A DNA stretch of 64,000 nt from an uncultured Cellulomonadaceae bacterium. GTDB taxonomy: Bacteria > Actinomycetota > Actinomycetes > Actinomycetales > Cellulomonadaceae. The stretch is taken from positions 59 to 64,058 of the forward strand of contig CAZECM010000012.1 of the NCBI GenBank assembly GCA_964510785.1, given 5' to 3'. The notes below the pieces were generated by a model, which was not told the DNA's origin, did not search any database, and saw only the letters and a list, made by a program, of their open reading frames with translations. Shown here piece after piece: positions 27,172 through 36,823 of this stretch (the first letter of the stretch is position 1; each line of letters starts with the position of its first letter). Both the position numbers and the translations under genes were made by a program.

Positions 27172-28461
27172 TCAGTCCTGAACTTCGTCCAGCAACTGTT
27201 GGAACGCGCGGTTCGCCTCCTGTGCTGCTGCGGCGGTGTCGCCCGCCTCGAGCACGGTGAGGAGCGGCCGGCCGACGATCTCCCGCGCCTCGCTTGCGCG
27301 GGCCACCGCGGGACGGTCGCGACCCACACCGTCGAGCGACTCGGCGATGGCCGCGGCCAGCGTAGGCGGGAAGCCGGCCAGCGCCTCGTCGTCGAGCCAG
27401 ACGGAGACCCGGGCGCCCGGAATGGCGTTCAGCTGGAACTGCTTGGTCGACTCCTTCGACGTGAAGTACTCGATGAACGCCCAGGCCTCATCCTTGGCGC
27501 TCGAGTACGCGCTGATCCCGAGAGCGTAGTTGGGGATGTTGAACGTCCTCGAGCCCGCGGGTCCTGCCGGCAGCGGGGCGAAAGCCACGGAGTCGACGAT
27601 CGTGGAGCTCGACGGGTCGATGGCGTTCGTCGCGAGCGAATCGGCGTCGATGTAGAACGCCGCCTTGCCCTGGGTGAACAGCGCCATCGCGCTGTCCCAC
27701 TGGATGTCCGCGAGGCCCGAGCTGGGACCGTGGTCGCGCAGCAGGCCGCCGTAGGTCTCGTAGGCCGCGATGGCCTCCGGAGTGTCGAGCGCCGCGTTGC
27801 CCTCTGCATCGACCCAGTCTCCGCCGTGGCTGTACAGGAAGGCGGAGAAGATCGGGACGGCGCCATGGGCGTTGCCGCGGGCGACGTAGCCGACGACGTC
27901 GTCGTAGGCGGCCTCGATCGCTGCCGCAGCGTCCGCGAGCTCCTCGAAGGTCGTCGGGACCGCGATCCCCTGCTCGTCGAGGAAGTCGGCGCGGTAGTAG
28001 AGGACCGCCCGCTCGGTCGACACGGGGATCGATGTCAGCGCGCCGTCGAAGGTGAGCGCGTCGATGGGGCCTGGTTGAAAGTCGGAGAGGTCCCAGTCGG
28101 TGGCGGCCAAGGCGTACGGCTCGAGGTCCTCGAGCCACCCGTTCTCCCAGTACAGCCGGGCCTCCTGCAGCGGACGGAACATCATGACGTCGATGTCGTC
28201 CGACCCCGCGTTGAGCTGGACCGTGTACTGGTCGGAGAGCTGTTCTTCGCCGTAGACCGAGATCTCGACGTCGATCCCGGTGGACTCTTCGAACGCCTCG
28301 ATGTTCGCCTGCACCTGTTCGGTGAAGCCGTGGTTCCCCATGTAGACCTGAAGGGTGCGGTTGCTGCCACCGCCTCCCGGGCTGCAGCCGACGACGCCAG
28401 CCGTCAGGACCGCCACACCCACCGCTGCCGCGACGTTGCGAAAGCGTGTTTGCCGCTTCAT
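27172..28461 (-). CDS. ABC transporter extracellular solute-binding lipoprotein (carbohydrate type)
   Basis: Start MKRQTRF (ATG 28461), lipobox LTAGVVGC, family-1 SBP fold. Confidence 0.9.
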   Translation of the reverse strand: MKRQTRFRNVAAAVGVAVLTAGVVGCSPGGGGSNRTLQVYMGNHGFTEQVQANIEAFEESTGIDVEISVYGEEQLSDQYTVQLNAGSDDIDVMMFRPLQEARLYWENGWLEDLEPYALAATDWDLSDFQPGPIDALTFDGALTSIPVSTERAVLYYRADFLDEQGIAVPTTFEELADAAAAIEAAYDDVVGYVARGNAHGAVPIFSAFLYSHGGDWVDAEGNAALDTPEAIAAYETYGGLLRDHGPSSGLADIQWDSAMALFTQGKAAFYIDADSLATNAIDPSSSTIVDSVAFAPLPAGPAGSRTFNIPNYALGISAYSSAKDEAWAFIEYFTSKESTKQFQLNAIPGARVSVWLDDEALAGFPPTLAAAIAESLDGVGRDRPAVARASEAREIVGRPLLTVLEAGDTAAAAQEANRAFQQLLDEVQD

Positions 28462-28533
28462 AGATACCCCGTTCCTGGATCGGACAGTCCGGCGGCGTCC
28501 CGCAGGTCGCACGGACCCGCCTTGCTACAGTAA

Positions 28534-28568
28534 CCTACTGTAACGATCTAGTAGAACGCAACAGTAGG
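28534..28568. promoter_or_regulatory. Dyad CCTACTGT-N19-ACAGTAGG enclosing AACGATCTAGTAGAACG, in a divergent promoter region
   Basis: Perfect 8-bp arms. The core shares the 13-mer AACGATCTAGTAG and a TAGAACG unit with 19771-19807. It lies between the SBP and aldolase genes. Confidence 0.4.
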
Positions 28569-28578
28569 AGATTACAAG

Positions 28579-29373
28579 ATGGTCAAGAGCCGAGTTTCGA
28601 GGTTCCGCGAAGGGCTTGCCGGAGGGCGGACGTTGTTCGGGGCGTGGGTCACGATCGCCGATCTCACCGTGGCCGAGATGATGAGTGGCGTGGGGTTCGA
28701 CTACGTGGTGATCGACGCTGAGCACTCGCCCTGGACCATCAAGGACATCCAGACGGCACTCGCCGGCTTCGCCACGTCCGAGACGGTCGTTCTGGTGCGC
28801 ATCCCCAGCCACGACGTCACCTTCATCAAGCACGTCCTCGACGTGGGGGTCGACGGGATCATCTGCCCGCTGGTGCGTACGGTTCAAGAGGCCCGTGAGC
28901 TCGTCGATGCCGCGAAGTACCCTCCGATCGGGACGCGCGGATACGGACCGCGCCGCGCGGCGGACTACGGTCGGCGTGGGGACGAGTACACCGCGGCGGC
29001 GAACGACGAGGTGATCTTTATCCCGCAGATCGAGGATGCGGGCTACCTGGACCAGGTGGACGCGATCCTCGACGTGCCTGGTCTCGACGCGCTGTGCGTC
29101 GGCCCGACCGACCTCTCAGGAAGCCTGGGGCACCTGCGCCAGTTCGACCACCCCGCCGTGGTCGAGGCGGTCGATGCCGTCCTCGCCAAGGCTGCCGCGC
29201 GAGACGTGGCTGTGTGCACTGGTGTCGTCGTCCACGCCGAGGATGTGGCCTCATGGGTGGCCAAGGGGGCGCGACTCCCGCTGGTCACGATCGACACGGC
29301 GCTTCTGGTCGAAGGCGCTCGAAACGCGCTCGAGCGCGCGCGCTCCGCGGTGGGCGCGAGCGACGCGGGGTAA
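28579..29373 (+). CDS. HpcH/HpaI family aldolase (2-keto-3-deoxy sugar-acid aldolase-like)
   Basis: [24 protein letters not shown] and QIEDAG are class II pyruvate aldolase family blocks. Confidence 0.85.
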   Translation: MVKSRVSRFREGLAGGRTLFGAWVTIADLTVAEMMSGVGFDYVVIDAEHSPWTIKDIQTALAGFATSETVVLVRIPSHDVTFIKHVLDVGVDGIICPLVRTVQEARELVDAAKYPPIGTRGYGPRRAADYGRRGDEYTAAANDEVIFIPQIEDAGYLDQVDAILDVPGLDALCVGPTDLSGSLGHLRQFDHPAVVEAVDAVLAKAAARDVAVCTGVVVHAEDVASWVAKGARLPLVTIDTALLVEGARNALERARSAVGASDAG

Positions 29374-29561
29374 GCCCGTCCGCGGCGGCCCGGCTCGCGG
29401 GACGGCAAGACCGTGCGGGAACGGGGCCAGAGCCATGCTCCAGTCTCAGCGTTCCGAACCGGGCAGACGACGGGACGGACGTCCCCGAGCCCATCGACCG
29501 GCATCATGGTGGCATCCCGTCGTCGTCGTCGCCGGCACACCCACCACGAGGGAGGCCCACC

Positions 29562-30062
29562 ATGGCTCCGACCGTCGATCCCCCGATCCGTCCTTCCGGC
29601 GATGCTCCCGCGACCGCCGACCGGACGACCCCGCGCCACATTGCCTTGGTCGCCCACGACAACATGAAGGTCGAGCTGTTGCGCTGGGCCGAGTACAACA
29701 AGGACACCTTGGCCCGCCACGTCCTGTACGCGACGGGGACCACGGGCACGATGCTGGAGTACGAGCTGGGGCTTCCGGTCCACAGGTTCCTGTCCGGCCC
29801 GGTGGGCGGCGACCAGCAGATCGGCGCGAAGATCGCCGAGGGTCAGATCACCATGCTCGTCTTCTTCTGGGACCCGCTCGAGCCGCAGCCGCACGATCCG
29901 GACGTCAAGGCGCTGCTACGGATCGGGACCGTGTGGAACGTTCCGATGGCGTGCAACGTGGCCTCGGCGGACCTCATGATCTCCAGCCCGCTGCTCGCGA
30001 GCGACTACGAGAGCCGTCGTCCCGACTTCGGCATCGGTACCTGGCAGCGCGGCGACGGCTGA
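29562..30062 (+). CDS. mgsA: Methylglyoxal synthase
   Basis: ATG 29562 after [37 protein letters not shown] and [20 protein letters not shown] closely match the MgsA signature. Confidence 0.9.
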   Translation: MAPTVDPPIRPSGDAPATADRTTPRHIALVAHDNMKVELLRWAEYNKDTLARHVLYATGTTGTMLEYELGLPVHRFLSGPVGGDQQIGAKIAEGQITMLVFFWDPLEPQPHDPDVKALLRIGTVWNVPMACNVASADLMISSPLLASDYESRRPDFGIGTWQRGDG

Positions 30063-30113
30063 GCTCTTCGTCGGAACCCGCGCGCGACGCCGACGTGAGC
30101 TTGACCGCTTAAG

Positions 30114-30899
30114 GTGCTGACCGTGCCCGCGATGCCTCGAGAGACCGCCAAGACGACTCTGACGTTCGGGCACGCCGGCCAGACCATGGTCTACACGCGC
30201 AGCGGCGTCGAGGCGGACACCGCCTTCGTGCTCGTCCACGGCATCGGCATGGGGCACCGGGTCTTCCGCGACGTCGCCGAGCTGCTGGGCGCCGTCGGCC
30301 CCGTCTTTGCCGTGGACCTGCCGGGCTTCGGCGATTCCCCGGAACCGGGTGTCGCCCGCGACATGGCCGCGAGCGGGGAGTACCTCGCGCGCTTCGTCGC
30401 CTCGTTGCCGGTGCGCGACGTCGTGCTCGTGGGGCACTCGATGGGCACGCAGGTGGTGGTCGAGCTCCTCGTGCAGCACCCCGAGCTGTGCGACCGCGCG
30501 GTGCTCATCGCCCCCACGGTCAACCCCGCCGAGCGCAGCGCGTGGCGTCAGGCGTGGCGACTCTGCCAGGACCTCGCCGGGGAGAGCCTGCGTGTGCTGA
30601 CGGTCGGAGTCGTCCAGTACGCCAAGGCGGGCCCGCGCTGGTACGTGCGCAAGCTGCGCCAGATGCTCGCGCACCGCGTGGAGGACGTCGCCCCGAGAGT
30701 CAAGGCCGAGATCCTGGTGCTGCGCGGCGAGCACGACCGCGTCTGCCCGCGCGACTGGGCCCGCCAGCTCACCGCGCTGCTGCCGTCTGCAGAGCTGCGG
30801 GAGATCCCCGGCCGCGGCCACGAGGCGATGATCCGCAGCCCGCAACCGGTCTCCGAGATGATCATCGACTTCGCCCGCCGCGCGACCCTGACGGACTGA
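30114..30899 (+). CDS. Alpha/beta hydrolase
   Basis: HG oxyanion motif (VLVHGIGMG), GHSMG nucleophile elbow, C-terminal GHEAM histidine. Confidence 0.8.
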   Translation: MLTVPAMPRETAKTTLTFGHAGQTMVYTRSGVEADTAFVLVHGIGMGHRVFRDVAELLGAVGPVFAVDLPGFGDSPEPGVARDMAASGEYLARFVASLPVRDVVLVGHSMGTQVVVELLVQHPELCDRAVLIAPTVNPAERSAWRQAWRLCQDLAGESLRVLTVGVVQYAKAGPRWYVRKLRQMLAHRVEDVAPRVKAEILVLRGEHDRVCPRDWARQLTALLPSAELREIPGRGHEAMIRSPQPVSEMIIDFARRATLTD

Positions 30900-30977
30900 G
30901 GTCCCGCCGAGCCGGTCACCGCCCGCTCGATATGCTGACTCGGGCCAGTCGGCCCGGATCTCGGCAGAAGGAACTCC

Positions 30978-32327
30978 ATGCGCATCGCCGTCGTCGCCCT
31001 CGGCAAGATCGGCCTCCCGCTCGCGGCGCAGTTCGCGCGGGCCGGTCACGAGGTGGTCGGGGTCGACATCAACGCCGCGCTCGTCGAGACCGTCAACCGC
31101 GGCGAGGAGCCCTTCCCCGGCGAGGCCCACCTCGCCGAGACGCTCGCCGAGCTCGTCCCGGCCGGCCGGCTGCGCGCCACGACCGACTATGCGGAGGCGA
31201 TCGGCCAGGCGGACGTCGTCGTCGTCGTCGTGCCGCTGTTCGTCGACGAAGCCACCGCGCAGCCCGACTTCGGCTGGATGGACGCCGCGACCCGTTCCCT
31301 CGCCGAGCACCTGCGCCCCGGCACCCTCGTGTCCTACGAGACGACGCTCCCGGTGGGCACCACGCGCAACCGCTGGAAGCCCCTCATCGAGGAGGTCTCC
31401 GGTCTGGCGGAGGGCACCGACTTCCACCTCGTGTTCTCCCCGGAGCGCGTGCTCACGGGCCGGGTGTTCGCAGACCTGCGGCGCTACCCCAAGCTGGTCG
31501 GGGCCTTGTCCGACGACGGTGCGCGGCGGGCGCGCGAGTTCTACGAGGCCGTCCTGGAGTTCGACGAGCGACCCGACCTCGCCCGGCCCAACGGCGTGTG
31601 GGACCTCGGCTCGGCGGAGGCCGCCGAGATGGCCAAGCTCGCCGAGACCACCTACCGGGACGTCAACATCGGCCTGGCCAACCAGTTCGCGCTCTTCGCC
31701 GAGCAGGTGGGCATCGACATCTACGCCGTGATCGAGGCCTGCAACTCCCAGCCGTACTCGCACCTGCACCGCCCGGGGATCGCCGTGGGCGGCCACTGCA
31801 TCCCCGTCTACCCGCGGCTCTACCTGTCCAGCGACCCGGACGCGTCGATCGTGCGCACCGCGCGGGCGGCGAACGCGGCGATGCCGGAACACGTGGTCGC
31901 GCGCGCGGCCGAGCTGCTGGGGGACCTGGCCGGGCTGCGCGCTGTCGTGCTCGGGGCGTCCTACCGGGGCGGGGTCAAGGAGACGGCGTTCTCCGGGGTG
32001 TTCGCGACCGTGGAGGCGCTGCGGGCGAGGGGGGCCGACGTCGCGGTCCACGACCCGATGTACTCCGACACCGAGCTCGCCGCCCTCGGCTGGGACGCCT
32101 ACCACCTCGGTGAGCCCGTCGACCTCGCCGTCATCCAGGCCGACCACCGCGAGTACGCGCAGCTCGCCCCGACCGACCTGCCCGGGGTGCGCCTGCTCGC
32201 CGACGGCCGCAACATCACCTCGCCTGCCGCGTGGGCCGGGGTGCCGCGATTCGTGGTGGGCGCGGCGTCGAGCACGGCGGCGACAGCGGCGTCGAGCGCG
32301 GTGCCTGAGCCGGGGGTCGGCGCTTGA
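30978..32327 (+). CDS. Nucleotide-sugar 6-dehydrogenase (WbpA/WecC-like)
   Basis: MRIAVVALGKIGLPLA Rossmann fold, catalytic GGHCIPVYP, C-terminal UDP-binding domain. Confidence 0.85.
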   Translation: MRIAVVALGKIGLPLAAQFARAGHEVVGVDINAALVETVNRGEEPFPGEAHLAETLAELVPAGRLRATTDYAEAIGQADVVVVVVPLFVDEATAQPDFGWMDAATRSLAEHLRPGTLVSYETTLPVGTTRNRWKPLIEEVSGLAEGTDFHLVFSPERVLTGRVFADLRRYPKLVGALSDDGARRAREFYEAVLEFDERPDLARPNGVWDLGSAEAAEMAKLAETTYRDVNIGLANQFALFAEQVGIDIYAVIEACNSQPYSHLHRPGIAVGGHCIPVYPRLYLSSDPDASIVRTARAANAAMPEHVVARAAELLGDLAGLRAVVLGASYRGGVKETAFSGVFATVEALRARGADVAVHDPMYSDTELAALGWDAYHLGEPVDLAVIQADHREYAQLAPTDLPGVRLLADGRNITSPAAWAGVPRFVVGAASSTAATAASSAVPEPGVGA

Positions 32328-34381
32328 GCTGGTGGGCGCTCGTGCCACCCGCGGTGGTCATCGCCGCACTGTTCTTCGTGCCCGGGTGGCTGCTGCTGCG
32401 CGCGGCGGGAGTGCGTGGTCTGCTCGCGCTCGGCGGTGCGCCGGCCGTGTCCGGGGCGTATCTCGGGCTCGCGGGCTTCGCGCTCGACCGTGCCGGGGTG
32501 GCATGGGGCTTCGCGCCGCTCGCCGTCGGGCTCGTGCCCCTCGTGGCGCTCGCGGCGGCGTGCGGGTGGTGGGTGCGGCGTGCCGCCGCGGTACGGGGGC
32601 GTGCCCCGGGTGGGTTGTGGGCGGTGCGCTACGCGCTGGGCCGACGGCGGGGCGTGCTGCTCACCGTGGCCCTGGCCGCCGGTGCGCTCGCGATCGGAGT
32701 GCCATTGTTCGTGGGGCTCGGCGGCCCCGGGGCGATCGTCCAGCAGTGGGACGCCGTCTATCACGCGAGCGGCGTGCAGCTCGTCCGAGAGACGGGCAAC
32801 GCCTCGCTCCTCGGTGCGATGCAGGGCCAGTACGGTGCGGCGCCCGCTGGCGTGTACTACCCGGTGGTGTGGCACGGCGTGGTCGCCCTCGCGCCCGGGT
32901 CCGTCGCGCTCGCAGCCAACACCTCGCTCGCCGTGCTCGGCGCGGGGGTGTGGCTCGTGGGGCTCGCGGCGCTCGGGCGCGTCGTGGGGGACCGGGTGTG
33001 GAGCATCGCGCCGTGGACCGTGGTGCTCGGCGCGGCCTTCGGGCTGTTCCCCCACCGCGTGGTCATCGAGCTGGGCTACTGGCCGCTCGCCGCCGCGATC
33101 GCGATGATCCCCGGCGCCGTCGCGCTCGCCGTGGCCGCGGGGCGCACCGACCCGGCCGACGTCGGGCTCGCGACGCCCGCGCGGGGGACCGTGAGCCTGC
33201 TCGTCGTGGCTACCGCGGCCCTCGGCGTGGGGCTGACGCACGGCTCGGCGGCGTTCTCCCTGCTGCTCGTGCTCGTGCCGCTCGCCCTCGTGCGCGTGGG
33301 GCACGGCCTTCGGCGGTGGTGGGACGAGGGCCGACGGCGGGCCGCGGGCGGCGTGCTCGTCGCGCTCGGTGTCGTGGTGGCCGCGGGGCTCGCCGTCGTG
33401 CTGATGAGCCCCACCGTGCGCAACATGGCCGACTACACCTACGACACCCACGACTTCTTCCTCGGCACGGTGTACCGCACGCTCTTCGACCTGCCCACGG
33501 CGCCGGTGGTGCCCGGGTTGTGGCCGCTCGCGGTGCTCGCCGTCGTCGGCGCCGTCGTCGTGGTGCGCCGCGCGGAGCACGCCCGGGCGCGGTGGCTCGT
33601 GTGGTCCGCGGCCGCCGTGCTGCTCGTGGCGATCGCGTCCGCCGGCGGTGCGGGTCCGCTGCGGGTGCTCGCCGGGTTCTGGTACTCGCAGACCGCGCGG
33701 ATCGTCGCCGTCTTCCCCGTGGTCGCGGCGCCGCTCGCCGCGTTCGGGCTGCTCGCCGTGGCCGCGTGGGCGCACGAGCGCTGGCCAGCGCTCGGGCGCG
33801 CCGGGAGCCGCTGGTTCGATCGCACCGGTGGTGCCCGGACCGGTACGTCCCCGCGCGCGGTCGTCGCGGGCGCCGTCGTCGTCGTCGCGTGCCTTGCCAC
33901 GCTCGGGTGGTACGCCCCGCAGAAGGCCGCGCGCACCGCCGAGTTCGTGGCGCCCGGGCCGGTGCGATGGGGCACGATGCTCAGCGTCGAGGAGATCGCC
34001 CTGCTCGAGCGTCTACCGGCCACGACACCGTCCGACGCCGTCATCCTCGGCGACCCGGCCAACGGTGCGGCGTTCGCGTTCTCGGTGGCGCAGCGGCGCG
34101 TCGTGTTCCCACAGCTGGGCCCGAGCAACCAGTCCGAGGCGCAGCGAACCCTGCGGTTCGGGTTTCACCAGCTCCTGACCGAGCCGGCGATCTGCGAGGC
34201 CGTGCGCGAGCTCGGCGTGACGCACTTCTACCAGGACACCGCCACCGCCGAGGACGGCGCGAAGGTCTCCGAGGACTGGCCCGGCCTGACCAACCCCGTC
34301 ACCCCGGAGACGCTCGAGGGTCTCGAGATCGTCGACACCGGCGGCACGGCCACCCTCTACCGCATCACCGCCTGTTCCTGA
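32324..34381 (+). CDS. Large polytopic membrane protein with C-terminal extracytoplasmic domain (GT-C-like; recalls actinobacterial DUF6541 proteins)
   Basis: 685 aa with 12 or more hydrophobic segments, then a ~170-aa soluble tail. TTG 32324 overlaps the stop of the dehydrogenase gene. Confidence 0.6.
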   Translation: MSWWALVPPAVVIAALFFVPGWLLLRAAGVRGLLALGGAPAVSGAYLGLAGFALDRAGVAWGFAPLAVGLVPLVALAAACGWWVRRAAAVRGRAPGGLWAVRYALGRRRGVLLTVALAAGALAIGVPLFVGLGGPGAIVQQWDAVYHASGVQLVRETGNASLLGAMQGQYGAAPAGVYYPVVWHGVVALAPGSVALAANTSLAVLGAGVWLVGLAALGRVVGDRVWSIAPWTVVLGAAFGLFPHRVVIELGYWPLAAAIAMIPGAVALAVAAGRTDPADVGLATPARGTVSLLVVATAALGVGLTHGSAAFSLLLVLVPLALVRVGHGLRRWWDEGRRRAAGGVLVALGVVVAAGLAVVLMSPTVRNMADYTYDTHDFFLGTVYRTLFDLPTAPVVPGLWPLAVLAVVGAVVVVRRAEHARARWLVWSAAAVLLVAIASAGGAGPLRVLAGFWYSQTARIVAVFPVVAAPLAAFGLLAVAAWAHERWPALGRAGSRWFDRTGGARTGTSPRAVVAGAVVVVACLATLGWYAPQKAARTAEFVAPGPVRWGTMLSVEEIALLERLPATTPSDAVILGDPANGAAFAFSVAQRRVVFPQLGPSNQSEAQRTLRFGFHQLLTEPAICEAVRELGVTHFYQDTATAEDGAKVSEDWPGLTNPVTPETLEGLEIVDTGGTATLYRITACS

Positions 34382-34402
34382 CGCCCCGGGGGACGAGGGG
34401 GA

Positions 34403-36682
34403 CTACTGCTGTGAGCGCGCCTCGACCTCGGCGAGGAGGGCGGCGAGCGTGGCGCGGTCGAAGCCCGGGATGCCGAAGGTCGCGAGCGTCTGCGCCTGCG
34501 ACTCCATGAGGAAGAAGTTCAGCTGCGGGTCGTCGATCGGGATCGGCGAGCTCTCGAGGAACGGCTTGACGAGCGGCCCCGCGATCGGGTGCCGGTAGAA
34601 GTCCCCGAACGAGGACTCCACCGTGAGCGGGAGCGTGAGGTCCTCGCCCTCGACGTCGACGACGGCGGTCCCCCGCAGGTCGCGCGAGGACGCACCGACG
34701 GCGATCTCGAACACGCCGCCCTCGACGGCCCAGCGGTGCAGCACCGGGTGCCAGAACGCGAGGTCGCGCCCCGTCAGCGTCCAGGACACCTCGCGCGACT
34801 CCCCGGGTTCGAGCCGCACCTTCGTGAACGCCTTGAGCTCCCGCTCGGGCCGTTGCACGCTCGCCACGGGGTCGCTCACGTACACCTGCACCACCTCGGA
34901 GCCGGCCCGCGCGCCGGTGTTGGTCACGGTCACGGTCACCTCGACCTCGGTCGCCGCACCCGCCCCGCGCGCCTCGGCCTCGACCGAGCCGTACGTGAAG
35001 CTCGTGTACCCGAGCCCGTGGCCGAACGGGAAGGCGACGCCCAGTCCCCGCGCGTCGTACCAGCGGTAGCCCACGAGCAGCCCCTCGCCGTAGCGCACCT
35101 CGTGCGCCTCGCCGGGGAAGTTGCCGAACGCAGGGGTGTCCTCGAGTCGCAGCGGGATCGTCTCGGTGAGCCGACCGCCGGGCTCGACGGCGCCGGTCAG
35201 CACGTCCGCGATCGCCCCGCCGCCTGCCTGCCCGCCGAGCCACACCTCGAGGATCGCCCGCACGCGGTGCGCCCACGGCATCGACACGGCCGAGCCGTTC
35301 GAGAGCACCACCACGACGCGCGGGTTGACCGCCGCGACGGCCTCGAGCAGCGCGACCTGGTTGTCGGGGAGCCCGAGCCGCGGCCGGTCGTAGCTCTCCG
35401 ACTCGTCGGCGGCGGGCAGCCCGAGGAACACCAGCACGGTCCCCGCGCCCCGGGCGAGCTCGACGGCCTCGGTGAGCAGGGCGCCGTCGTCGGCGTCGGG
35501 CCCGTCCGGGAGCGTGAACCCGGGCGCGAACGGCAGCTCGGTGCCGGCGGCCGAGCGCAACGCGTCGAGCGCGGCGTCGAGCCGCGTGGGGGAGACGAGG
35601 GAGGAGCCGGCGCCCTGGTAGCGGGGCGCGCGGGCGAACTCGCCGACGACGACGGCGCCCGCGAGCCCCTGGGCGTCGAGCGGCAGGAGGGCCCCGCCGT
35701 CGTCGGCCTCGTTCTTGAGCAGCACGCTGCCGGCGGCGGCGGCCTCGCGGGCGAGCGCGTGGTGGGCGTCGTCGTCGATCTCGACGGGGCTCGTGGCGGC
35801 GGCGTGCGTGCGCGCGACCATCTGGAGCACGCGACGCACCGCGGTGTCGAGGTCGGCCTCGGCGAGCGCTCCGGAGCGCACGGCCTCGAGCACGTCGACG
35901 TCGGTCGAGGACGCGGCGGGCATGGCCCAGTCGAGGCCGGCGGCGATCGAGGCGGACCGGTCGCGCGCGGCGCCCCAGTCGGAGACCACGAGCCCGTCGA
36001 AGCCCCAGCCGTCGCGCAGCACCTCCGTCAGGAGCCAGTGGTCCTCCGCGGCGTACGTGCCGTTGATGCGGTTGTAGGAGCACATGACGGTCCACGGCTG
36101 CCCGCCCACGACGGCGCGCTCGAAGCTCGCGAGGTAGATCTCGCGCAGGGTGCGCTCGTCGATCTGGGCGGAGACCCGCATGCGGTCGGTCTCCTGGTTG
36201 TTGGCCGCGTAGTGCTTGAGCGACGTGCCGATGCCCTGGGCCTGGACGCCGCGGATGAACGCGGCAGCGGCGTCGCCGGAGAGGACCGGGTCCTCGGAGA
36301 AGTACTCGAAGTTGCGCCCGCACAGCGGGTGACGCTTGATGTTCGCGCCGGGCCCGAGCAGGACGGCGACCTGGTGGGCGCGGGACTCGAGCCCGAGGGC
36401 GGCGCCGACGCGCTCGAGGAGGCTGAGGTCCCACGTCGACCCGAGCGCGGCCGCCGTGGGGAAGCACGTGGCGGGCTCCGCGGCGGAGAGGTCGAAGCTC
36501 GCGGACGGTAGGGCCTTGCGCACGCCGTGCGGCCCGTCTGTGACCGTGATCTCGGGGATGCCGAGCCGCCCGATGGGAGCGCTCTCCCACGCCGTGGCAC
36601 CCGTGGTGAGCGCGACCTTCTCCTCGAGCGTGAGCTCGGAGACGAGGTGATCGAGGTCGGGGGAGAAGTCAGCGGTCGTCAC
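34403..36682 (-). CDS. Glycoside hydrolase family 3 beta-glucosidase-like enzyme
   Basis: GPHGVR, KHYAANNQE and SDWGA (nucleophile Asp region), with a C-terminal Fn3-like domain. Confidence 0.9.
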   Translation of the reverse strand: MTTADFSPDLDHLVSELTLEEKVALTTGATAWESAPIGRLGIPEITVTDGPHGVRKALPSASFDLSAAEPATCFPTAAALGSTWDLSLLERVGAALGLESRAHQVAVLLGPGANIKRHPLCGRNFEYFSEDPVLSGDAAAAFIRGVQAQGIGTSLKHYAANNQETDRMRVSAQIDERTLREIYLASFERAVVGGQPWTVMCSYNRINGTYAAEDHWLLTEVLRDGWGFDGLVVSDWGAARDRSASIAAGLDWAMPAASSTDVDVLEAVRSGALAEADLDTAVRRVLQMVARTHAAATSPVEIDDDAHHALAREAAAAGSVLLKNEADDGGALLPLDAQGLAGAVVVGEFARAPRYQGAGSSLVSPTRLDAALDALRSAAGTELPFAPGFTLPDGPDADDGALLTEAVELARGAGTVLVFLGLPAADESESYDRPRLGLPDNQVALLEAVAAVNPRVVVVLSNGSAVSMPWAHRVRAILEVWLGGQAGGGAIADVLTGAVEPGGRLTETIPLRLEDTPAFGNFPGEAHEVRYGEGLLVGYRWYDARGLGVAFPFGHGLGYTSFTYGSVEAEARGAGAATEVEVTVTVTNTGARAGSEVVQVYVSDPVASVQRPERELKAFTKVRLEPGESREVSWTLTGRDLAFWHPVLHRWAVEGGVFEIAVGASSRDLRGTAVVDVEGEDLTLPLTVESSFGDFYRHPIAGPLVKPFLESSPIPIDDPQLNFFLMESQAQTLATFGIPGFDRATLAALLAEVEARSQQ

Positions 36683-36774
36683 GATCGGTCCGTCCTTCGG
36701 TTCGCGTGGTGGCGGACGACGTCGTCCGCTGGCGCCACGCTATCTGGCGGTCCGAGGTGGTGGGGGCAGTTCTC

Positions 36775-36807
36775 GGCCCCGCAGCGGCTCGTGGCTGCTG
36801 CGGGGCC
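36775..36807 (-). terminator. GC-rich hairpin after the NlpC/P60 gene
   Basis: Perfect 11-bp arms GGCCCCGCAGC / GCTGCGGGGCC, 17 nt beyond the stop codon. Confidence 0.55.
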
Positions 36808-36823
36808 GGGAGGAACCGCGGTG

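Noticed and set aside
29374-29561. Extra coding sequence or an N-terminal extension upstream of mgsA (track ORF 29094..30062).
   Set aside because: The upstream 156 codons overlap the aldolase gene and are Arg/Pro-rich. ATG 29562 has a strong RBS and gives a normal-length MgsA.
29916-32348. Very long reverse- or alternate-frame ORFs: 29916..32348 (810 aa), 6358..7977, 7734..9686, 9560..11278, 32099..33775, 32110..34509, 34365..36590, 58343..60622 and many others in the track.
   Set aside because: They overlap confidently assigned genes on the other strand or frame. Their products are Arg/Pro/Gly/Ala low-complexity sequence with no motifs. Long open frames are expected by chance at ~72 percent GC.
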